Source: Lepidodermella squamata | Lineage: Eukaryota; Animalia; Gastrotricha | DNA length: 64,000 nucleotides | NCBI GenBank assembly: GCA_047495785.1 | Contig: JBLDXI010000048.1 | Coordinates: 1,178,001-1,242,000, forward strand | Direction: 5' to 3' | In this document: in pieces, positions 1-12,800 of the stretch | Numbering within the stretch: position 1 is the first letter of the stretch | Layout of the letters: each line of letters starts with the position of its first letter | The notes under the pieces: generated by a model | Seen by the model: only the letters and a program-made list of their open reading frames with translations | Told to the model about the DNA's origin: nothing | Databases searched by the model: none | Translations under genes and position numbers: made by a program

Positions 1-375
1 GTACGATGGTGCGCGCACCTTTTTCGTCGTATTCTGTATTTCAGCGCGTCGTATGTGCGTCGTATGTACGACGGAAAAGTTGTACGTACGATGCAGTTTT
101 CGTCGTACGCCTAGGGGGGCGTACGAGCGCGCGCATACGACGCGCCTTATCACCGAGCATAGATCTACGCATCTTTCGGCCTGCGCACGCGCGCGTTCGA
201 GTTATGCGTAAATTTTGTGCGCGCTTCGATTGGTCAACGGGCCCCGGTCCCAAAATGGAACTGCGCGCCCGGTTACGAATATCAAAGAAAGCCGATTTTC
301 GCGTTGTATTTTGTATTTCAGCGATTTGTAGTACGCGCGCTGTATGCTCTCTCGTACGCGCACGATGAGCGTACA
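1..375. repeat. Low-complexity CGTACG/GCGCGC-word-rich segment, possibly a partial non-autonomous element cut by the window edge
   Basis: Recurrent gtacg/cgtac words in both orientations; tgtatttcagcg occurs twice (~36 and ~313). No convincing ORF. Confidence 0.35.
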
Positions 376-600
376 ACACATGAAAAACACGGCGAGAGTT
401 GGAGAACGTTCTTCCTTAAAATGAGCCACCACCTAATCGCGAATATTAGCTCTTTATCGCCCCATTACACGCAATTGTGTAACCGGCTACTAGCTTAATT
501 ACCATCTTTCTTCCCATTTCGTGGAATGAAAATTAGTAAACCACCGATCCCGATGCCGCGCGGACGAAGTCGCTTCGTTTCGCCGTAATAATAACCAAGT

Positions 601-770
601 TTCTCAGCTGAGAATTACGCAACGCCGCTGCCCGCGCTCACCCGCGCGCTCACTCAGTCACGTGATCCAGCGCGCGAAGAGAGCGCTGTATCGCGGTTCT
701 CAGCTGATAATTACGCAACGCCGCTCCCGGCGCTCACTCCCGCGCTCACTCGGTCACGTGATACAGCGGG
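601..770 (+). repeat. Imperfect direct repeat, 2 copies, ~96-bp period, next to the satellite
   Basis: ttctcagctga(g/t)aattacgcaacgccgct...cgcgctcactc(a/g)gtcacgtgat(c/a)cagcg starts at 601 and at 697; gctgagaa/ccgagaat words follow at ~800-843. Confidence 0.8.
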
Positions 771-871
771 AAGGGAGCCGTAGTACATTTTCTATTATCG
801 GCTGAGAATAGGCTGAGAACAGGCTAAATATCGGCCGAGAATAGGGCGTAAGACAATATCGGAGTCTCGCC

Positions 872-3800
872 TTATACAGAATTTCGAGGGCTATCCGCCG
901 ATATAAGATTTATTGACCGGCGATACTTGGTTCGCGCTGAAATTGCGTGCGAAGTGAGTCAAATTGGCGTGCGGCCAAGGCCAAAATCGCGATTTCCGAA
1001 GCCGATATCGACGCGATCGGCGGCGAATTTGGGCAGCGGCCGCGGATAGTTTATACAGAATTTCGAGGGCTATCCGCCGATATAAGAATTATGGGCCGGC
1101 GATACATGGTTCGCGCTGAAATTGCGTGCAAAGTCAGTCAAATTGGCGTGCGGCCAAGGCCAAAATCGCGATTTCCGAAGCCGATATCGACACGATCGGC
1201 GGCGAATTTGGGCAGCGGCCGCGGATAGTTTATACAGAATTTCGAGGGCTATCCGCCGATATAAGATTTATTGACCGGCGATACTTGGTTCGCGCTGAAA
1301 TTGCGTGCAAAGTGAGTCAAATTGGCGTGCGGCCAAGGCCAAAATCGCGATTTCCGAAGCCGATATCGACGCGATCGGCGGCGAATTTGGGCAGCGGCCG
1401 CTGATAGTTTGTACAGAATTTAGAGGGCTATCCGCCGATATAAGATTTATTGACCGGCGATACTTGGTTCGCGCTGAAATTGCGTGCAAAGTCAGTCAAA
1501 TTGGCGTGCGGCCAAGGCCAAAATCGCGATTTCCGAAGCCGATATCGACACGATCGGCGGCGAATTTGGGCAGCGGCCGCGGATAGTTTGTACAGAATTT
1601 CGAGGGCTATCCGCCGATATAAGAATTATGGGCCGGCGATACATGGTTCGCGCTGAAATTGCGTGCAAAGTCAGTCAAATTGGCGTGCGGCCAAGGCAAA
1701 AATCGCGATTTCCGAAGCCGATATCGACACGATCGGCGGCGAATTTGGGCAGCGGCCGCGGATAGTTTATACAGAATTTCGAGGGCTATCCGCCGATATA
1801 AGATTTATTGACCGGCGATACTTGGTTCGCGCTGAAATTGCGTGCAAAGTGAGTCAAATTGGCGTGCGGCCAAGGCCAAAATCGCGATTTCCGAAGCCGA
1901 TATCGACGCGATCGGCGGCGAATTTGGGCAGCGGCCGCTGATAGTTTGTACAGAATTTAGAGGGCTATCCGCCGATATAAGATTTATTGACCGGCGATAC
2001 TTGGTTCGCGCTGAAATTGCGTGCAAAGTCAGTCAAATTGGCGTGCGGCCAAGGCCAAAATCGCGATTTCCGAAGCCGATATCGACACGATCGGCGGCGA
2101 ATTTGGGCAGCGGCCGCGGATAGTTTGTACAGAATTTCGAGGGCTATCCGCCGATATAAGAATTATGGGCCGGCGATACATGGTTCGCGCTGAAATTGCG
2201 TGCAAAGTCAGTCAAATTGGCGTGCGGCCAAGGCAAAAATCGCGATTTCCGAAGCCGATATCGACACGATCGGCGGCGAATTTGGGCAGCGGCCGCGGAT
2301 AGTTTATACAGACTTTCGAGGGCTATCCGCCGATATAAGATTTATTGACCGGCGATACTTGGTTCGCGCTGAAAATGCGTGCAAAGTCAGTCAAATTGGC
2401 GTGCGGCCAAGGCCTAAATCGCGATTTCCGAAGCCGATATCGACACGATCGGCGGCGAATTTGGGCAGCGGCCGCGGATAGTTTATACAGAATTTCGAGG
2501 GCTATCCGCCGATATAAGAATTATTGACCGGCGATACTTGGTTCGCGCTGAAATTGCGTGCAAAGTCAGTCAAATTGGCGTGCGGCCAAGGCCTAAATCG
2601 CGATTTCCGAAGCCGATATCGACACGATCGGCGGCGAATTTGGGCAGCGGCCGCGGATAGTTTGTACAGAATTTCGAGGGCTATCCGCCGATATAAGAAT
2701 TATGGGCCGGCGATACATGGTTCGCGCTGAAATTGCGTGCAAAGTCAGTCAAATTGGCGTGCGGCCAAGGCCTAAATCGCGATTTCCGAAGCCGATATCG
2801 ACGCGATCGGCGGCGAATTTGGGCAGCGGCCGCTGATAGTTTGTACAGACTTTAGAGGGCTATCCGCCGATATAAGATTTATTGACCGGCGATACTTGGT
2901 TCGCGCTGAAATTGCGTGCAAAGTGAGTCAAATTGGAGTGCGGCCAAGGCCAAAATCGCGATTTCCGAAGCCGATATCGACACGATCGGCGGCGAATTTG
3001 GGCAGCGGCCGCTGATAGTTTGTACAGAATTTAGAGGGCTATCCGCCGATATAAGATTTATTGACCGGCGATACTTGGTTCGCGCTGAAATTGCGTGCAA
3101 AGTGAGTCAAATTGGCGTGCGGCCAAGGCCAAAATCGCGATTTCCGAAGCCGATATCGACACGATCGGCGGCGAATTTGGGCAGCGGCCGCTGATAGTTT
3201 GTACAGAATTTAGAGGGCTATCCGCCGATATAAGATTTATTGACCGGCGATACTTGGTTCGCGCTGAAATTGCGTGCAAAGTGAGTCAAATTGGCGTGCG
3301 GTCAAGGCCAAAATCGCGATTTCCGAAGCCGATATCGACACGATCGGCGGCGAATTTGGGCAGCGGCCGCGGATAGTTTGTACAGAATTTAGAGGGCTAT
3401 CCGCCGATATAAGAATTATGGGCCGGCGATACATGGTTCGCGCTGAAATTGCGTGCAAAGTCAGTCAAATTGGCGTGCGGCCAAGGCCAAAATCGCGATT
3501 TCCGAAGCCGATATCGACGCGATCGGCGGCGAATTTGGGCAGCGGCCGCTGATAGTTTGTACAGAATTTCGAGGGCTATCCGCCGATATAAGAATTATGG
3601 GCCGGCGATACATGGTTCGCGCTGAAATTGCGTGCAAAGTCAGTCAAATTGGCGTGCGGCCAAGGCCTAAATCGCGATTTCCGAAGCCGATATCGACGCG
3701 ATCGGCGGCGAATTTGGGCAGCGGCCGCGGATAGTTTATACAGACTTTCGAGGGCTATCCGCCGATATAAGATTTATTGACCGGCGATACTTGGTTCGCG

Positions 3801-6800
3801 CTGAAAATGCGTGCAAAGTCAGTCAAATTGGCGTGCGGCCAAGGCCTAAATCGCGATTTCCGAAGCCGATATCGACACGATCGGCGGCGAATTTGGGCAG
3901 CGGCCGCTGATAGTTTGTACAGAATTTAGAGGGCTATCCGCCGATATAAGATTTATTGACCGGCGATACTTGGTTCGCGCTGAAATTGCGTGCAAAGTGA
4001 GTCAAATTGGCGTGCGGCCAAGGCCAAAATCGCGATTTCCGAAGCCGATATCGACACGATCGGCGGCGAATTTGGGCAGCGGCCGCTGATAGTTTGTACA
4101 GAATTTAGAGGGCTATCCGCCGATATAAGATTTATTGACCGGCGATACTTGGTTCGCGCTGAAATTGCGTGCAAAGTCAGTCAAATTGGCGTGCGGCCAA
4201 GGCCTAAATCGCGATTTCCGAAGCCGATATCGACACGATCGGCGGCGAATTTGGGCAGCGGCCGCGGATAGTTTGTACAGAATTTCGAGGGCTATCCGCC
4301 GATATAAGAATTATGGGCCGGCGATACATGGTTCGCGCTGAAATTGCGTGCAAAGTCAGTCAAATTGGCGTGCGGCCAAGGCCTAAATCGCGATTTCCGA
4401 AGCCGATATCGACACGATCGGCGGCGAATTTGGGCAGCGGCCGCTGATAGTTTGTACAGACTTTAGAGGGCTATCCGCCGATATAAGAATTATGGGCCGG
4501 CGATACATGGTTCGCGCTAAAATTGCGTGCAAAGTGAGTCAAATTGGCGTGCGGCCAAGGCCAAAATCGCGATTTCCGAAGCCGATATCGACACGATCGG
4601 CGGCGAATTTGGGCAGCGGCCGCGGATAGTTTATACAGAATTTCGAGGGCTATCCGCCGATATAAGAATTATTGACCGGCGATACTTGGTTCGCGCTGAA
4701 ATTGCGTGCAAAGTCAGTCAAATTGGCGTGCGGCCAAGGCCAAAATCGCGATTTCCGAAGCCGATATCGACACGATCGGCGGCGAATTTGGGCAGCGGCC
4801 GCGGATAGTTTGTACAGAATTTAGAGGGCTATCCGCCGATATAAGAATTATGGGCCGGCGATACATGGTTCGCGCTGAAATTGCGTGCAAAGTCAGTCAA
4901 ATTGGCGTGCGGCCAAGGCCAAAATCGCGATTTCCGAAGCCGATATCGACGCGATCGGCGGCGAATTTGGGCAGCGGCCGCGGATAGTTTGTACAGAATT
5001 TCGAGGGCTATCCGCCGATATAAGAATTATGGGCCGGCGATACATGGTTCGCGCTGAAATTGCGTGCAAAGTCAGTCAAATTGGCGTGCGGCCAAGGCCT
5101 AAATCGCGATTTCCGAAGCCGATATCGACGCGATCGGCGGCGAATTTGGGCAGCGGCCGCTGATAGTTTGTACAGAATTTCGAGGGCTATCCGCCGATAT
5201 AAGAATTATGGGCCGGCGATACATGGTTCGCGCTGAAATTGCGTGCAAAGTGAGTCAAATTGGAGTGCGGCCAAGGCCAAAATCGCGATTTCCGAAGCCG
5301 ATATCGACACGATCGGCGGCGAATTTGGGCAGCGGCCGCGGATAGTTTATACAGAATTTCGAGGGCTATCCGCCGATATAAGAATTATTGACCGGCGATA
5401 CTTGGTTCGCGCTGAAATTGCGTGCAAAGTCAGTCAAATTGGCGTGCGGCCAAGGCCTAAATCGCGATTTCCGAAGCCGATATCGACACGATCGGCGGCG
5501 AATTTGGGCAGCGGCCGCGGATAGTTTGTACAGAATTTCGAGGGCTATCCGCCGATATAAGAATTATGGGCCGGCGATACATGGTTCGCGCTGAAATTGC
5601 GTGCAAAGTGAGTCAAATTGGCGTGCGGCCAAGGCCTAAATCGCGATTTCCGAAGCCGATATCGACACGATCGGCGGCGAATTTGGGCAGCGGCCGCTGA
5701 TAGTTTGTACAGACTTTAGAGGGCTATCCGCCGATATAAGAATTATGGGCCGGCGATACATGGTTCGCGCTAAAATTGCGTGCAAAGTGAGTCAAATTGG
5801 CGTGCGGCCAAGGCCAAAATCGCGATTTCCGAAGCCGATATCGACACGATCGGCGGCGAATTTGGGCAGCGGCCGCGGATAGTTTATACAGAATTTCGAG
5901 GGCTATCCGCCGATATAAGAATTATTGACCGGCGATACTTGGTTCGCGCTGAAATTGCGTGCAAAGTCAGTCAAATTGGCGTGCGGCCAAGGCCAAAATC
6001 GCGATTTCCGAAGCCGATATCGACACGATCGGCGGCGAATTTGGGCAGCGGCCGCGGATAGTTTGTACAGAATTTAGAGGGCTATCCGCCGATATAAGAA
6101 TTATGGGCCGGCGATACATGGTTCGCGCTGAAAATGCGTGCAAAGTCAGTCAAATTGGCGTGCGGCCAAGGCCTAAATCGCGATTTCCGAAGCCGATATC
6201 GACACGATCGGCGGCGAATTTGGGCAGCGGCCGCGGATAGTTTGTACAGAATTTCGAGGGCTATCCGCCGATATAAGAATTATGGGCCGGCGATACATGG
6301 TTCGCGCTGAAATTGCGTGCAAAGTCAGTCAAATTGGCGTGCGGCCAAGGCCTAAATCGCGATTTCCGAAGCCGATATCGACACGATCGGCGGCGAATTT
6401 GGGCAGCGGCCGCTGATAGTTTGTACAGACTTTAGAGGGCTATCCGCCGATATAAGATTTATTGACCGGCGATACTTGGTTCGCGCTGAAATTGCGTGCA
6501 AAGTGAGTCAAATTGGCGTGCGGCCAAGGCCTAAATCGCGATTTCCGAAGCCGATATCGACACGATCGGCGGCGAATTTGGGCAGCGGCCGCGGATAGTT
6601 TGTACAGAATTTCGAGGGCTATCCGCCGATATAAGAATTATGGGCCGGCGATACATGGTTCGCGCTGAAATTGCGTGCAAAGTCAGTCAAATTGGCGTGC
6701 GGCCAAGGCCTAAATCGCGATTTCCGAAGCCGATATCGACACGATCGGCGGCGAATTTGGGCAGCGGCCGCTGATAGTTTGTACAGAATTTAGAGGGCTA

Positions 6801-9800
6801 TCCGCCGATACAAGAATTATGGGCCGGCGATACTTGGTTCGCGCTGAAATTGCGTGCAAAGTGAGTCAAATTGGCGTGCGGCCAAGGCCAAAATCGCGAT
6901 TTCCGAAGCCGATATCGACGCGATCGGCGGCGAATTTGGGCAGCGGCCGCTGATAGTTTGTACAGACTTTAGAGGGCTATCCGCCGATATAAGAATTATG
7001 GGCCGGCGATACATGGTTCGCGCTGAAATTGCGTGCAAAGTGAGTCAAATTGGAGTGCGGCCAAGGCCAAAATCGCGATTTCCGAAGCCGATATCGACAC
7101 GATCGGCGGCGAATTTGGGCAGCGGCCGCTGATAGTTTGTACAGACTTTAGAGGGCTATCCGCCGATATAAGAATTATGGGCCGGCGATACATGGTTCGC
7201 GCTAAAATTGCGTGCAAAGTGAGTCAAATTGGCGTGCGGCCAAGGCCAAAATCGCGATTTCCGAAGCCGATATCGACACGATCGGCGGCGAATTTGGGCA
7301 GCGGCCGCGGATAGTTTATACAGAATTTCGAGGGCTATCCGCCGATATAAGAATTATTGACCGGCGATACATGGTTCGCGCTGAAAATGCGTGCAAAGTC
7401 AGTCAAATTGGCGTGCGGCCAAGGCCTAAATCGCGATTTCCGAAGCCGATATCGACACGATCGGCGGCGAATTTGGGCAGCGGCCGCGGATAGTTTGTAC
7501 AGAATTTCGAGGGCTATCCGCCGATATAAGAATTATGGGCCGGCGATACATGGTTCGCGCTGAAATTGCGTGCAAAGTCAGTCAAATTGGCGTGCGGCCA
7601 AGGCCTAAATCGCGATTTCCGAAGCCGATATCGACACGATCGGCGGCGAATTTGGGCAGCGGCCGCTGATAGTTTGTACAGACTTTAGAGGGCTATCCGC
7701 CGATATAAGATTTATTGACCGGCGATACTTGGTTCGCGCTGAAATTGCGTGCAAAGTGAGTCAAATTGGCGTGCGGCCAAGGCCTAAATCGCGATTTCCG
7801 AAGCCGATATCGACACGATCGGCGGCGAATTTGGGCAGCGGCCGCTGATAGTTTGTACAGAATTTAGAGGGCTATCCGCCGATACAAGAATTATGGGCCG
7901 GCGATACTTGGTTCGCGCTGAAATTGCGTGCAAAGTGAGTCAAATTGGCGTGCGGCCAAGGCCAAAATCGCGATTTCCGAAGCCGATATCGACGCGATCG
8001 GCGGCGAATTTGGGCAGCGGCCGCTGATAGTTTGTACAGACTTTAGAGGGCTATCCGCCGATATAAGAATTATGGGCCGGCGATACATGGTTCGCGCTGA
8101 AATTGCGTGCAAAGTGAGTCAAATTGGAGTGCGGCCAAGGCCAAAATCGCGATTTCCGAAGCCGATATCGACACGATCGGCGGCGAATTTGGGCAGCGGC
8201 CGCTGATAGTTTGTACAGACTTTAGAGGGCTATCCGCCGATATAAGAATTATGGGCCGGCGATACATGGTTCGCGCTAAAATTGCGTGCAAAGTGAGTCA
8301 AATTGGCGTGCGGCCAAGGCCAAAATCGCGATTTCCGAAGCCGATATCGACACGATCGGCGGCGAATTTGGGCAGCGGCCGCGGATAGTTTATACAGAAT
8401 TTCGAGGGCTATCCGCCGATATAAGAATTATTGACCGGCGATACATGGTTCGCGCTGAAAATGCGTGCAAAGTCAGTCAAATTGGCGTGCGGCCAAGGCC
8501 TAAATCGCGATTTCCGAAGCCGATATCGACACGATCGGCGGCGAATTTGGGCAGCGGCCGCGGATAGTTTGTACAGAATTTCGAGGGCTATCCGCCGATA
8601 TAAGAATTATGGGCCGGCGATACATGGTTCGCGCTGAAATTGCGTGCAAAGTCAGTCAAATTGGCGTGCGGCCAAGGCCTAAATCGCGATTTCCGAAGCC
8701 GATATCGACACGATCGGCGGCGAATTTGGGCAGCGGCCGCTGATAGTTTGTACAGACTTTAGAGGGCTATCCGCCGATATAAGATTTATTGACCGGCGAT
8801 ACTTGGTTCGCGCTGAAATTGCGTGCAAAGTGAGTCAAATTGGCGTGCGGCCAAGGCCTAAATCGCGATTTCCGAAGCCGATATCGACACGATCGGCGGC
8901 GAATTTGGGCAGCGGCCGCTGATAGTTTGTACAGAATTTAGAGGGCTATCCGCCGATATAAGAATTATGGGCCGGCGATACATGGTTCGCGCTGAAAATG
9001 CGTGCAAAGTCAGTCAAATTGGCGTGCGGCCAAGGCCTAAATCGCGATTTCCGAAGCCGATATCGACACGATCGGCGGCGAATTTGGGCAGCGGCCGCGG
9101 ATAGTTTGTACAGAATTTCGAGGGCTATCCGCCGATATAAGAATTATGGGCCGGCGATACATGGTTCGCGCTGAAATTGCGTGCAAAGTCAGTCAAATTG
9201 GCGTGCGGCCAAGGCCTAAATCGCGATTTCCGAAGCCGATATCGACACGATCGGCGGCGAATTTGGGCAGCGGCCGCTGATAGTTTGTACAGACTTTAGA
9301 GGGCTATCCGCCGATATAAGATTTATTGACCGGCGATACTTGGTTCGCGCTGAAATTGCGTGCAAAGTGAGTCAAATTGGAGTGCGGCCAAGGCCAAAAT
9401 CGCGATTTCCGAAGCCGATATCGACACGATCGGCTGCGAATTTGGGCAGCGGCCGCGGATAGTTTATACAGAATTTCGAGGGCTATCCGCCGATATAAGA
9501 ATTATTGACCGGCGATACTTGGTTCGCGCTGAAATTGCGTGCAAAGTCAGTCAAATTGGCGTGCGGCCAAGGCCAAAATCGCGATTTCCGAAGCCGATAT
9601 CGACACGATCGGCGGCGAATTTGGGCAGCGGCCGCGGATAGTTTGTACAGAATTTAGAGGGCTATCCGCCGATATAAGAATTATGGGCCGGCGATACATG
9701 GTTCGCGCTGAAAATGCGTGCAAAGTCAGTCAAATTGGCGTGCGGCCAAGGCCTAAATCGCGATTTCCGAAGCCGATATCGACACGATCGGCGGCGAATT

Positions 9801-12800
9801 TGGGCAGCGGCCGCGGATAGTTTGTACAGAATTTCGAGGGCTATCCGCCGATATAAGAATTATGGGCCGGCGATACATGGTTCGCGCTGAAATTGCGTGC
9901 AAAGTCAGTCAAATTGGCGTGCGGCCAAGGCCTAAATCGCGATTTCCGAAGCCGATATCGACACGATCGGCGGCGAATTTGGGCAGCGGCCGCTGATAGT
10001 TTGTACAGACTTTAGAGGGCTATCCGCCGATATAAGATTTATTGACCGGCGATACTTGGTTCGCGCTGAAATTGCGTGCAAAGTGAGTCAAATTGGCGTG
10101 CGGCCAAGGCCTAAATCGCGATTTCCGAAGCCGATATCGACACGATCGGCGGCGAATTTGGGCAGCGGCCGCTGATAGTTTGTACAGACTTTAGAGGGCT
10201 ATCCGCCGATATAAGATTTATTGACCGGCGATACTTGGTTCGCGCTGAAATTGCGTGCAAAGTGAGTCAAATTGGCGTGCGGCCAAGGCCTAAATCGCGA
10301 TTTCCGAAGCCGATATCGACACGATCGGCGGCGAATTTGGGCAGCGGCCGCGGATAGTTTGTACAGAATTTCGAGGGCTATCCGCCGATATAAGAATTAT
10401 GGGCCGGCGATACATGGTTCGCGCTGAAATTGCGTGCAAAGTCAGTCAAATTGGCGTGCGGCCAAGGCCAAAATCGCGATTTCCGAAGCCGATATCGACA
10501 CGATCGGCGGCGAATTTGGGCAGCGGCCGCGGATAGTTTATACAGAATTTCGAGGGCTATCCGCCGATATAAGAATTATTGACCGGCGATACTTGGTTCG
10601 CGCTGAAATTGCGTGCAAAGTCAGTCAAATTGGCGTGCGGCCAAGGCCAAAATCGCGATTTCCGAAGCCGATATCGACACGATCGGCGGCGAATTTGGGC
10701 AGCGGCCGCGGATAGTTTGTACAGAATTTAGAGGGCTATCCGCCGATATAAGAATTATGGGCCGGCGATACATGGTTCGCGCTGAAAATGCGTGCAAAGT
10801 CAGTCAAATTGGCGTGCGGCCAAGGCCTAAATCGCGATTTCCGAAGCCGATATCGACACGATCGGCGGCGAATTTGGGCAGCGGCCGCGGATAGTTTGTA
10901 CAGAATTTCGAGGGCTATCCGCCGATATAAGAATTATGGGCCGGCGATACATGGTTCGCGCTGAAATTGCGTGCAAAGTCAGTCAAATTGGCGTGCGGCC
11001 AAGGCCTAAATCGCGATTTCCGAAGCCGATATCGACACGATCGGCGGCGAATTTGGGCAGCGGCCGCTGATAGTTTGTACAGACTTTAGAGGGCTATCCG
11101 CCGATATAAGATTTATTGACCGGCGATACTTGGTTCGCGCTGAAATTGCGTGCAAAGTGAGTCAAATTGGCGTGCGGCCAAGGCCTAAATCGCGATTTCC
11201 GAAGCCGATATCGACACGATCGGCGGCGAATTTGGGCAGCGGCCGCTGATAGTTTGTACAGACTTTAGAGGGCTATCCGCCGATATAAGATTTATTGACC
11301 GGCGATACTTGGTTCGCGCTGAAATTGCGTGCAAAGTGAGTCAAATTGGCGTGCGGCCAAGGCCTAAATCGCGATTTCCGAAGCCGATATCGACACGATC
11401 GGCGGCGAATTTGGGCAGCGGCCGCGGATAGTTTGTACAGAATTTCGAGGGCTATCCGCCGATATAAGAATTATGGGCCGGCGATACATGGTTCGCGCTG
11501 AAATTGCGTGCAAAGTCAGTCAAATTGGCGTGCGGCCAAGGCCAAAATCGCGATTTCCGAAGCCGATATCGACACGATCGGCGGCGAATTTGGGCAGCGG
11601 CCGCTGATAGTTTGTACAGAATTTAGAGGGCTATCCGCCGATACAAGAATTATGGGCCGGCGATACTTGGTTCGCGCTGAAATTGCGTGCAAAGTCAGTC
11701 AAATTGGCGTGCGGCCAAGGCCTAAATCGCGATTTCCGAAGCCGATATCGACACGATCGGCGGCGAATTTGGGCAGCGGCCGCTGATAGTTTGTACAGAC
11801 TTTAGAGGGCTATCCGCCGATATAAGATTTATTGACCGGCGATACTTGGTTCGCGCTGAAATTGCGTGCAAAGTGAGTCAAATTGGCGTGCGGCCAAGGC
11901 CTAAATCGCGATTTCCGAAGCCGATATCGACACGATCGGCGGCGAATTTGGGCAGCGGCCGCGGATAGTTTGTACAGAATTTCGAGGGCTATCCGCCGAT
12001 ATAAGAATTATGGGCCGGCGATACATGGTTCGCGCTGAAATTGCGTGCAAAGTCAGTCAAATTGGCGTGCGGCCAAGGCCAAAATCGCGATTTCCGAAGC
12101 CGATATCGACACGATCGGCGGCGAATTTGGGCAGCGGCCGCGGATAGTTTATACAGAATTTCGAGGGCTATCCGCCGATATAAGAATTATTGACCGGCGA
12201 TACTTGGTTCGCGCTGAAATTGCGTGCAAAGTCAGTCAAATTGGCGTGCGGCCAAGGCCAAAATCGCGATTTCCGAAGCCGATATCGACACGATCGGCGG
12301 CGAATTTGGGCAGCGGCCGCGGATAGTTTGTACAGAATTTAGAGGGCTATCCGCCGATATAAGAATTATGGGCCGGCGATACATGGTTCGCGCTGAAAAT
12401 GCGTGCAAAGTCAGTCAAATTGGCGTGCGGCCAAGGCCTAAATCGCGATTTCCGAAGCCGATATCGACACGATCGGCGGCGAATTTGGGCAGCGGCCGCG
12501 GATAGTTTGTACAGAATTTCGAGGGCTATCCGCCGATATAAGAATTATGGGCCGGCGATACATGGTTCGCGCTGAAATTGCGTGCAAAGTCAGTCAAATT
12601 GGCGTGCGGCCAAGGCCTAAATCGCGATTTCCGAAGCCGATATCGACACGATCGGCGGCGAATTTGGGCAGCGGCCGCTGATAGTTTGTACAGACTTTAG
12701 AGGGCTATCCGCCGATATAAGATTTATTGACCGGCGATACTTGGTTCGCGCTGAAATTGCGTGCAAAGTGAGTCAAATTGGCGTGCGGCCAAGGCCTAAA

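Noticed and set aside
6-498. Overlapping ORFs at the window start
   Set aside because: Low-complexity CG-word DNA; no domain or splice support.
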